The notes under the pieces are model-generated. The model saw only the letters and a list, made by a program, of their open reading frames with translations. It was not told the DNA's origin and did no database searches. Position numbers and translations under genes: made by a program. Positions 1-7,847 of a stretch of DNA of 64,000 nt are shown piece by piece (position 1 is the stretch's first letter; every line of letters starts with the position of its first letter). The DNA is from an uncultured Burkholderiales bacterium (lineage in GTDB: Bacteria; Pseudomonadota; Gammaproteobacteria; Burkholderiales; SG8-41): NCBI GenBank assembly GCA_963924885.1, contig CAWUUY010000107.1, forward strand, positions 7,302 through 71,301, read 5' to 3'.

Positions 1-606
1 CCGTGCATCGACAGCGATTTGTATGATCCGTTTTGCGAGCACCTGATTGTGCGAGACGGCGCGACGCAGCGCGTGGTGGGCACTTACCGCATACTCAACG
101 GCGCCAACGCGCGCCGGCTCGGCGGGTTTTATTCGGACGACGAGTTTGATCTGACGCGGCTCGACCATCTGCGCAAGGAGATCGTCGAAGTCGGCCGCAC
201 CTGCGTGCATCGCGATTACCGCAACGGCGCGGTGATTACCCTGTTGTGGGCCGGCATCGCGCACTACATGGTGCGGCATCACTACCGCTACCTGATGGGC
301 TGCGCCAGCATCGGCATGGCCGACGGCGGCGCGACCGCATCGAATGTGCATTACGCGTTGCAGCGCACCTGCGCGAGCCCCGTCGAATACCGTGTGTTTC
401 CGCGCCTGGATCTGCCGCTGCGCGCTGCGCGGCCTACCGACGACGTGGTGATCCCGCCGCTGATTAAAGGTTATGTGCGGCTAGGCGCGTACGTGTGCGG
501 CGCGCCGGCCTGGGATCCGGATTTCAATACGGCTGATTTACTGATGTTGCTGCCGATGTCACGGCTGCCCCCGCGCTACGCGCGGCATTTTTTCGGGCAG
601 GCATGA
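1..606 (+). CDS. GNAT-family N-acyltransferase, OlsB/hemolysin-like (5' end outside window)
   Basis: Frame open from the window edge. Translation (VGTYRIL..EVGRTCVHRDYRNG..PPLIKGYVRLGA) resembles ornithine-lipid OlsB-type acyltransferases from memory. Confidence 0.6.
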   Translation, partial: PCIDSDLYDPFCEHLIVRDGATQRVVGTYRILNGANARRLGGFYSDDEFDLTRLDHLRKEIVEVGRTCVHRDYRNGAVITLLWAGIAHYMVRHHYRYLMGCASIGMADGGATASNVHYALQRTCASPVEYRVFPRLDLPLRAARPTDDVVIPPLIKGYVRLGAYVCGAPAWDPDFNTADLLMLLPMSRLPPRYARHFFGQA

Positions 607-647
607 CTTGATAACGTTGTTTGTTCACTCACCGCAGAGGAACTGCC

Positions 648-998
648 ATGTCGCTTATTGATGTTATCCGTCACCTGAGTTCGGAACACGAAGTGCGTTT
701 TCTGCTGACCGCGTATGTCGAAACGCTGCAGTTCTATGATTCCGCAAAGCGCCTGCCGCCCGGTATCTGCGCGCTGCCGTTGAAAGATGCGGAAGATATC
801 GAAGCACGTTTCAACGAACTGCTCGGCGCGGAACTGTGCGGTCTTGCGCGCTCGCACTGCGACACGCAAGGCGCGATCGCGCGCGAGGCGACCGAAATTT
901 TTGGTGCGGCGTACACACGCTTGCAGACGCTGCGAGCGTCGGCAAAGCCACCTGCCGCGCGCGATGCCAACGTTGGCGTTTGCGGCGTAGTAATGTAA
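648..998 (+). CDS. hypothetical protein
   Basis: ORF 621..998. Probable start is ATG 648, preceded by GAGG. No recognisable motif. Confidence 0.4.
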   Translation: MSLIDVIRHLSSEHEVRFLLTAYVETLQFYDSAKRLPPGICALPLKDAEDIEARFNELLGAELCGLARSHCDTQGAIAREATEIFGAAYTRLQTLRASAKPPAARDANVGVCGVVM

Positions 999-1030
999 GT
1001 ATTTGTTTTTGTTGTGTTTTTTATAGAGCG
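996..1030 (+). repeat. AT-rich intergenic element, copy 1 (TAAGTATTTGTTTTT...TTATAGAGCG)
   Basis: First 15 nt are identical to the copies at 43995 and 48204. The tail TTATAGAGCGA resembles the copy at 29371-29400. Confidence 0.55.
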
Positions 1031-1327
1031 AAAAGTGGCTGTGGTGCTGGCCTGCGGCGCATGTTCAGGCGCCGTATCGCTGTCGCACCCGGCTTAATCT
1101 CGCGCGGTTGATGGCCGATGTGCGGCGTCTCCGCTGCATCGATCAAACAACCCAAAAACGCCGCACACACTTCCCTGCCCGCGTTGCGGAATCCGTTCGG
1201 CGGAGCAACGCAAGACACTGAATATATAGAACAAATGGCGCAATGCTGCTGTGGCGTGGCTCGCGGTACTTTGTTATACTGCGCGCCCTTGCACTAAAGC
1301 ACCAAATTACCAAAGCAATCCAAATCC

Positions 1328-1403
<76 letters not shown>

Positions 1404-1439
1404 AATGATAGTCCGGAGAAATCCAGTAGTATCTGAAAG

Positions 1440-1465
1440 AGCCCTAGTTACATAGGGCTTTTTCT
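1440..1465 (+). terminator. hairpin plus T-run after tRNA-Ala
   Basis: AGCCCTA-gttaca-TAGGGCT followed by TTTTTC. Confidence 0.6.
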
Positions 1466-1690
1466 TTTCTGGTATCCGTTGACGTCTAACCTAATCTTTT
1501 GAAATCCGGATCAACGTGGGGGCCACACTTGGGGCAACCCTCGGGATTCTTTAATGAGTTGGCCCCAAAATTCTTAAACTCTCACCGTAGTACGGTGTCA
1601 TAACACTATAACGTCGGGAGAAAAAATGCCGCTCAATGACATAGCGACAAAGGTAGGCTGCTCGAGGGAGGCTCGCTGCGGGCGCTCAAG

Positions 1691-2050
1691 TTGAAAGACT
1701 TTCCGGCGGCCACCCATACCGTGACCGGCTTCCTAGACAAGAAGGGCGTGCCGCTGGCATGCGAGTGGGTAACCATCGATACGCCCGATCCGCTGGACAA
1801 TGTGTTTGCCAACAGCACGCGCGCTCAGGGTCACGCCAAAGGCGCGGCCAAGTTCTCGCGTGGCGAAGGGGCGTGGTACGGCAACAATCTCGTATACTTC
1901 TGCTGCAGCAACGGCGGTAATGCAGGGGCAGGGCAGATCTGGGCCTATGATCCCAATGCAAACACTGTGACTTTGGTAGTGGAATCGGAGAGCCGCGATG
2001 TGTTGGACGCACCGGACAATATAACCGTCGGTCCCGACGGCCGCATTTAT
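1691..2050 (+). pseudogene. internal fragment of a DUF839/PhoX-like beta-propeller protein
   Basis: The translation GAAKFSRGEGAWYGNNLVYFCCSNGGNAGAGQIWAYDP...LDAPDNITVGPDGRIY matches the conserved core of DUF839/PhoX proteins from memory. There is no N-terminus or signal peptide, and similarity is lost after about 2050. Confidence 0.5.
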
Positions 2051-2145
2051 CTTCCAGCCCAGGGCGTGCCATTTCACCTTCAGGCCCTTACTGTCAAACA
2101 CTACTGCACTTTCAGTAGATTCCTATTTTTTGACCTCACGACATA

Positions 2146-2188
2146 GTAGTAACAAATAATCCGTGCTTTTTTTATTATTTGTTGCTAC
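2146..2188. promoter_or_regulatory. inverted repeat upstream of brnT (candidate TA operator)
   Basis: GTAGTAACAAATAAT-N13-ATTATTTGTTGCTAC, 14/15 complementary, ending 10 nt before the brnT ATG. Confidence 0.4.
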
Positions 2189-2197
2189 AATTAATTT

Positions 2198-2470
2198 ATG
2201 TTCATCGAATTCGATACCGACAAGCGGGCGAAAACTCTGGCTGAACGCGGTCTTGATTTCGCCCGTGCGTGCGACGTGTTCGCGGACAAACACTTGACGC
2301 GCGAGGACACTCGGGGAAACTACGCCGAACCACGTTTCCAGACAGCAGGCTGGCTTGATGGTCGAATCGTGATGCTTGTTTGGACGCCGCGCGGCGAGGC
2401 TCGTCGTATTATTTCCATGAGGAAAGCCAATGAACGCGAAATCAAAAAAATCCACCCCGCCTTGGGTTGA
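2198..2470 (+). CDS. brnT: BrnT-family (DUF497) ribonuclease toxin
   Basis: FEFD..KA..N..RGLDF...VF......ED.R.NYAEPRF...G.L.GRIV.LV.TPRG...RIISMRKAN.RE pattern typical of BrnT. Confidence 0.75.
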   Translation: MFIEFDTDKRAKTLAERGLDFARACDVFADKHLTREDTRGNYAEPRFQTAGWLDGRIVMLVWTPRGEARRIISMRKANEREIKKIHPALG

Positions 2471-2708
2471 TCCTGACGATGCGCCGGAAGTCACGCTGCA
2501 ATGGGTGGCCGAGGCAGACTTGTACGCTGGCGAGAAGCTGGTACGCCGGGGCCGCCCAGTGGGCAGCATCAAAGCTGCCCCCAAGGTGTCCACTACCATC
2601 CGCTTCGACCCCGACGTGCTGGCCGCGCTGAAAACCTCTGGCAAGGGATGGCAAACGCGGGTGAATGCCGCAATGCGCGAATGGCTTAAAACCCATTCTT
2701 CAACATAA
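2430..2708 (+). CDS. brnA: BrnA-family antitoxin
   Basis: Overlaps the brnT 3' end. The C-terminal part GRPVGS..K..TTIRFDPDVLAALKTSGKGWQTRVNAAMREWL is the BrnA signature. Confidence 0.7.
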   Translation: MNAKSKKSTPPWVDPDDAPEVTLQWVAEADLYAGEKLVRRGRPVGSIKAAPKVSTTIRFDPDVLAALKTSGKGWQTRVNAAMREWLKTHSST

Positions 2709-2752
2709 TCCAACGCCATCGTTTTCGATGCGTGCGAAAATAGAAAAATAAG

Positions 2753-3619
2753 GGCAACACCTACACCCGACTCGATACCGAGCGGCTGATCGAATTTGGC
2801 CAGGCCGCCGCCGGCAAGGATGCGCTGGAAACCCAGATGATCCTCAACCACAAGGCCGCCATCGAATACCTCGTGCGGGATACCGAGCACGTCGGCATCA
2901 ATCCCGTGACCGTCGTCGCGCTACATGCCTTTCTCTCCGATGGCCTCCTGCCTGACCCCACTGCCTGCGGCCGGCTGCGCAATCGCCCGGTCGAGATCGG
3001 CGGTAGCGTTTATCTGCCGATCGCCATGCCGCAGCGGATCGAGGAGTTGTTCTCCATCGTGTTGGAGATGGCCGCCGAAATCCAGGACCCGTTCGAGCAA
3101 TCCTTCTTCCTCATGTTGCATTTGCCCTACTTGCAGCCCTTTGAAGACGTCAATAAACGCGTCTCGCGCCTGGCCGCCAATATTCCTTTCATCCTCCATA
3201 ATCTCTCGCCACTGTCCTTCATCGACGTGGCGCAACAAGACTACTTGGATGGCCTGCTTGGCGTCTACGAACTCAATCGCGTTGAGCTGCTCCGCGACGT
3301 TTTCGTGCGGGCCTATGAGCGGTCCTGCCAGCAATATGTCGCCGTGCACCAGCAGCTCGTGCCGCCCGATGCCATGCGCCTGCGCTACCGCAACCAGCTT
3401 TCAAAACTGGTCGCGGCCATCGTGCGCGCCAATGCCACTGCCGACGAAGCGACAATCCGCGCCCACCTGCCAGAGACTTTGCCCGAGGGCGACCGCGAGC
3501 GATTCATTGCCTTGGCGCTGGATGAGTTCAATACCCTTCACGCCGGCAACGCCATCCGCTTCGGCCTGCGACCGCTGGAGTTCGCCGCGTGGCGGGAGAG
3601 GAATGCCGGGAATGGCTGA
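2753..3619 (+). pseudogene. Fic/Doc-family protein, 5'-truncated, degenerate active-site motif
   Basis: The frame opens at 2753 directly after a TAA, in the middle of the conserved (IE)GNTYT..T..L motif, so roughly the first 100 aa appear to be missing. The Fic motif position reads QPFEDVNKRVSR (3134-3169) instead of HxFx(D/E)(G/A)N(G/K)R. Confidence 0.6.
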
Positions 3620-3639
3620 AAAACGGATGGAGCCGGGTT

Positions 3640-4033
3640 GGAAGGTCTGGCTGGGACTAACCAGTTGGGAGGACGCGCCCCAAGGGAAGGTCCACAAATA
3701 CGACGTCGCCATTGCCAAGCACTACCTGTCGGATTTTAAATTGGCGCAGATGCAGCGGTCTCCGCCTATTTCGATATGGCAGAACTATAAGCCATGCGCC
3801 TCATGCCCATGACCATGGCAGATTGGGAAGAGCGCCTTAGCGGCTTTTTGAAACTCTGGGACAGGGAAATTCTACAAGATGCTGGCAAGGTCACCGCAGA
3901 AATCGCCAAGGCACATGCTGAAAGTGAATTCGAGAGATACCGCATCGTGCAGGAGCGCCTGTTTGAGAGCGACTTCGACCGGGTGATTAAGCAGATCAAT
4001 GATGGGCGCAAGCCTGGCGGCGATGGGGAGTAA
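3640..4033 (+). pseudogene. RhuM-family virulence protein remnant (C-terminal third; frameshift plus nonsense)
   Basis: LGLTSWEDAPQGKVHKYDVAIAKHYL (frame 3) continues in frame 2 as AVSAYFDMAEL*AMRLMPMTMADWEERLSGFL..REILQDAGKV. There is one frameshift near 3757 and an in-frame TAA at 3788-3790. Confidence 0.6.
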
Positions 4034-4036
4034 GGA

Positions 4037-4582
4037 ATGGCCACCAAAAAAAACTCAGTCTCGTGGAGTGACGTCAAAACCAGACTGGCCGATTTCGACC
4101 GCGCTGGCTTGCTCGGGTTGCTCCAAGACCTGTACGCGGCCAACAATGATAACCAAGCCTTCCTGCACGCGCGTCTCAGTCTGGGCGACGATGTGCTCAA
4201 ACCCTACAAGGCCATCATGAACCGCTGGCTGTGGCCAGATATGTTCAAGAATCAGGACACTTCGGTCGCTAAAGCCAAAAAGCCTATCGCCGATTACAGG
4301 AAAGCTATAGGCCAAGCGGAAGGTCTGGCCGAACTGATGGTGTTCTATTGCGAGCGGGCAGCGGGGTTCAGTGATGATGTCGGCCTGCAGGATGAGGGCT
4401 ACTATGACGCGCTGGTGCGGATGTTCGAGCAGGCCTTGAAAACCATTGCCAGTTTAGCCGACGCGCAACGCCAGCCCTTATGGGACAGGCTTCGTACTGC
4501 ACAGCGAATTTGTCGCAACTTTGGCTATGGCGTGAGCGATGACATGCGCGACCTGCTGGCCGAGTACGGTGCCGATGACTGA
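4037..4582 (+). CDS. hypothetical helical protein, translationally coupled to the AEP-primase gene
   Basis: 181-aa ORF. Its stop overlaps the downstream ATG (ATGACTGA at 4575-4582). No motif recognised. Confidence 0.6.
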   Translation: MATKKNSVSWSDVKTRLADFDRAGLLGLLQDLYAANNDNQAFLHARLSLGDDVLKPYKAIMNRWLWPDMFKNQDTSVAKAKKPIADYRKAIGQAEGLAELMVFYCERAAGFSDDVGLQDEGYYDALVRMFEQALKTIASLADAQRQPLWDRLRTAQRICRNFGYGVSDDMRDLLAEYGADD

Positions 4583-5735
4583 ACGCGATCAGTCGGCCGC
4601 ACTGCACGCTGAAAACACCCGCCTGATCGCGCTGCTGGACCGTTACGGCATCGAATGGCGCTTGCCACCTGAGCCACCACCGCCCAAGCCGGCGCTGCTC
4701 GTCCCGGAATCAGAACTATCCCGTTTTTCCACGGCCGAGAAGGTGGCGCTGTTTCGGCGGCTATTCCGCGGCCGCACCGACGTCTACCCGATCCGCTGGG
4801 AAAGCAAAACTACCGGTAAATCTGGCTACGCACCGGCCTGTGGCAATGAATGGCTCGCCGGTGTCTGCGAAAAGCCGCGCATCAAATGTGGGGAATGCAA
4901 TAACCGTCTGCTGATTCCATTATCGGATACGGTCATCTACGAGCATCTCGCTGGTAAACGCACAGTGGGCGTCTATCCGTTGCTGGCTGACGACAGCTGC
5001 CATTTTCTCGCTGCTGATTTCGACGAGGCGCATTGGCGTGAGGATGCCAAGGCGTTTTACCAGTCGTGTCACGAGCTGGGCGTGCCGGTCGCCCTTGAGA
5101 TATCACGTTCCGGCAACGGTGCGCACGCTTGGATTTTCTTCTCAGGCAGCGTGTCTGCTCGGGATGCACGCCGACTCGGTGCGGCGATTATTAGCCACAC
5201 CTGCGCTCGCACACGGCAACTCAAGCTCGAATCCTATGACCGGCTGTTTCCCAATCAGGATTCAATGCCCAAAGGTGGTTTCGGCAACCTGATCGCGCGC
5301 CCACTGCAAAAAGCACCGCGCGAGAAGGGCTTCAGTGAGTTTGTCGATGCTGACTTGCGGCCTTACCCGGATCAGTGGGCGTTCCTGGCCTCCATCGTGC
5401 CAATGCCTGCACACGATATCGAGCCCACCATCCTCAGAGCGACGGGCAACGCGCACCCGCTCGATGTGACTTTCATCGATGAGGAAGATCAAAAGGAACC
5501 GTGGAAGCACTCGGCATCCGCCAGCAAGAAGCTGATCGGGCCGATGCCGAAATCGCTTACGGTGACGCTGTCAAATCTGATCTATTTCGAGAAGGCACAA
5601 CTCCCGCAGCCGCTGGCCAACCGGCTGATTCGCTTGGCCGCCTTCCAGAATCCGGAGTTTTACAAGAAGCAGGCGATGCGTTTCTCAGTGTGGGATGAAC
5701 CGCCAATACTTACTGCGCCTTCAATACGGGCTTGA
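4575..5735 (+). pseudogene. archaeo-eukaryotic primase (PrimPol-like) domain protein of a conflict system, 3'-truncated (helicase part missing)
   Basis: LFRRLFRGRTDVYPIRWES..TGKSGYAPAC..KCGECNNR..GVYPLL.D..C.FLAADFD...W..DA.AF...C....VP.ALEISRSGNGAHAWIFF...SYDRLFPNQD..PKGGFGNLIA.PLQ matches, from memory, the N-terminal AEP domain of roughly 1000-aa AEP+SF2-helicase proteins. I recall the NCBI name 'TOTE conflict system AEP domain-containing protein' but cannot verify it. Similarity ends near 5700. Confidence 0.65.
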
Positions 5736-5895
5736 TGGCAGCCGTCTTGATCCCGGGCTCTGAGAAGAATGGGCTAATCAGTGCTTCGACCAATGCCAGC
5801 GATTCCACTGCTTTGCGTTGCTGACCGGCGGGCAAGCCGAGTTGCGCGATGCTCTTCAACGTAGAATTTCTTTGACCGATGTAAGCTGTGTTCAT
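5710..5895 (-). CDS. small hypothetical protein (possible HTH)
   Basis: 61-aa ORF with a good GAGGA Shine-Dalgarno 8 nt upstream. Its 3' end overlaps the truncation point of the AEP gene. Confidence 0.4.
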   Translation of the reverse strand: MNTAYIGQRNSTLKSIAQLGLPAGQQRKAVESLALVEALISPFFSEPGIKTAAIKPVLKAQ

Positions 5896-5949
5896 TTCTT
5901 TTATCCTCTTTCTAAGTATGGTTTGTGTTACACATTGTGGAGTAAAACA

Positions 5950-5966
5950 TTTAAAAACAAATACTT
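5950..5966 (-). repeat. AT-rich intergenic element, copy 2 (inverted orientation)
   Basis: The reverse complement reads AAGTATTTGTTTTTAAA. Partial TAAGTAT cores also occur at 5912 and 6037. Confidence 0.5.
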
Positions 5967-6100
5967 CACGTCGAATAGGACAAAGTGACGATGACTTTGT
6001 TGCAAAGCACCAAATGAGTAGTTCTCTGTCATGGGTTAAGTATTTCTAATGTGAGCAGAGGTCTTGGGCTGGCAGTGATACGGTAAAGCTGCGATGATAG

Positions 6101-6116
6101 CTGTTCTTATATACAG
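6101..6116. promoter_or_regulatory. LexA (SOS) box
   Basis: CTGTTCTTATATACAG is a perfect CTGT-N8-ACAG, 8 nt upstream of the umuD ATG. Confidence 0.8.
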
Positions 6117-6124
6117 TCTTAATT

Positions 6125-6574
6125 ATGAAGCTATTAGCCGCCGCCAAACTTGCCCCCATTCGCCTGTTCCCGCTCTTCGCGACCAAAGTAGCCGCCGGCT
6201 TTCCGTCACCGGCTGACGATTACATCGAGGCGCGGCTTGATCTCAACGAGCTGCTGGTGACTCACAAGGAGGCGACGTTTTTCCTGCGCGTAAAGGGCGA
6301 TTCCATGAAAAACGCGAACATCAACGACGGCGATCTGCTGGTGGTGAACCGGGCTATCGAGCCTGCCCACTGTGACATCGTGGTGGCGGCGGTCAACGCC
6401 GAACTGACGATCAAGACCTTGTTCAAGAAGCGAGGCGTGGTGAAACTGGTCGCTGCCAACGATGCCTATCCTGAAATCGTCATCCAGCCAGACAATGAAT
6501 TAATCGTGTGGGGAGTGGTGACGGATGTCATACACAGTTTCAGAAAGCCCGTTCGCACTGATCGACGGCAATAA
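6125..6574 (+). CDS. umuD: translesion DNA polymerase V accessory subunit UmuD (S24 peptidase)
   Basis: Ala-Gly cleavage context ([13 protein letters not shown]), GDSM serine and TIKT lysine dyad. Confidence 0.9.
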   Translation: MKLLAAAKLAPIRLFPLFATKVAAGFPSPADDYIEARLDLNELLVTHKEATFFLRVKGDSMKNANINDGDLLVVNRAIEPAHCDIVVAAVNAELTIKTLFKKRGVVKLVAANDAYPEIVIQPDNELIVWGVVTDVIHSFRKPVRTDRRQ

Positions 6575-7838
6575 CTTTTACGTTTCCTGCGAGCGGGTGT
6601 TCAACCCCAAGTTGGAGGGCCGCCCGGTGGTGGTGCTTTCCAACAACGACGGCTGCGTAGTGGCACGCTCTAATGAGGCCAAGGCGCTCGATATCGGCAT
6701 GGGCGTGCCACTGTTCAAGGTGCGTGACATCATTCGTAAGAACCGTGTGGTGGTGCTATCGAGCAACTACACGCTCTACGGCGACATGTCGCAACGCATG
6801 ATGGCGGTGGTTCGCCAGTTCAGCCCCCGGCAGGAAATCTACTCCATCGATGAGAGCTTTATTGACCTGTCGGGATTCGGCGAAAAGGATTTACGCGATT
6901 ATGGGCAGCAGATACGGCAGCGGGTGCGGCGCTGGACGGGCATACCGACCTGTGTCGGTATTGCACCGACCAAAACCCTCGCCAAACTCGCCAACCATTG
7001 CGGAAAAAAGCGAGTTGAATATCAAGGCGTGTGCGACTGGAGCCGCTTGCATCCAGCACAACTGGAATACGTGTTATCCACCTTCTCGGTTGGCGACGTA
7101 TGGGGAATCGGACGCCAGTGGAGTAAGAAGCTGCTGGAGATGAATATACGCTCTGCCAAAGACCTCGCTACGGCAGACAGGGCGATGCTGAGGGAACGCT
7201 TCGGCGTGGTCATGGAGCGCACCTCACGCGAGTTGTCAGGGGTTTCCTGCATAGAGATGGAAGAAGTGGCGGCGGACTGCAAACAGATCGTGTCCTCGCG
7301 CTCGTTCGGTAGGGTTATAACCACGATTGAACATCTGGAAGAGGCCGTTACCCAATACACCTGTCGGGCGGCGGAAAAGCTGCGCTGGCAGCACAGTGTG
7401 TGTGGGACTTTGCTGGTATTTCTCCAGACCAACTCTTTCAAATTAAATGATCCTCAGTATCATCCGACCACGACAGTAAGGCTTGGCGCACCGAGCGACG
7501 ATTCCATGCGACTGACGGGGGCCGCCCTGTCTGGCCTGCGACGCATCTATAAGCCGGGATTTCACTACGTCAAGGCGGGCGTAATGCTGAACGACATACG
7601 ACCGGGAACAGTGCAACAGCTCTCGCTACTGGATGTTGGGACACCAATGCCTACAGCCCAAACTAGCGCCCGATCGCGGCTCATGGGCATCATGGATCGC
7701 GTTAATCGATTGGATGGCAAGGGAACGCTTCAGTTGGGAGCGGCGGGTATTCATAGTGCTTGGGCTATGAAGCGGGACCACGTGAGTCCTGCATATACGA
7801 CGCGGTGGAACGAATTGGCTACGGTAAAAGCGTTGTAA
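6525..7838 (+). CDS. umuC: Y-family DNA polymerase V catalytic subunit UmuC
   Basis: [40 protein letters not shown] motifs. The only in-frame ATG gives a 50-nt overlap with umuD. Confidence 0.9.
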   Translation: MSYTVSESPFALIDGNNFYVSCERVFNPKLEGRPVVVLSNNDGCVVARSNEAKALDIGMGVPLFKVRDIIRKNRVVVLSSNYTLYGDMSQRMMAVVRQFSPRQEIYSIDESFIDLSGFGEKDLRDYGQQIRQRVRRWTGIPTCVGIAPTKTLAKLANHCGKKRVEYQGVCDWSRLHPAQLEYVLSTFSVGDVWGIGRQWSKKLLEMNIRSAKDLATADRAMLRERFGVVMERTSRELSGVSCIEMEEVAADCKQIVSSRSFGRVITTIEHLEEAVTQYTCRAAEKLRWQHSVCGTLLVFLQTNSFKLNDPQYHPTTTVRLGAPSDDSMRLTGAALSGLRRIYKPGFHYVKAGVMLNDIRPGTVQQLSLLDVGTPMPTAQTSARSRLMGIMDRVNRLDGKGTLQLGAAGIHSAWAMKRDHVSPAYTTRWNELATVKAL

Positions 7839-7847
7839 AACAAAACT

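Noticed and set aside
1021-1218. 65-aa minus-strand ORF ending ...PLFAL directly beside AT-rich element copy 1 (hemL also ends ...FVAL beside copy 5)
   Set aside because: The resemblance is explained by the shared TTATAGAGCGA tail of the repeat element. The ORF has no RBS or recognisable fold and overlaps other equally poor ORFs.
1404-1690. Expected integrase or att site next to the tRNA
   Set aside because: No ORF with tyrosine- or serine-recombinase motifs lies anywhere in 1404-9300. No repeat of the tRNA 3' end was found by eye near 9225-9300, so the region is reported as an island without mobility genes.
2123-2890. 255-aa minus-strand ORF
   Set aside because: It lies antisense to brnT, brnA and the Fic 5' region, all of which have recognisable translations on the plus strand. 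No RBS or motif.
2925-3812. 295-aa frame-3 ORF across the Fic gene
   Set aside because: The Ser/Cys/Pro-rich translation is an alternative frame of Fic. Only its last roughly 50 codons (from about 3640) are meaningful, as the RhuM remnant.
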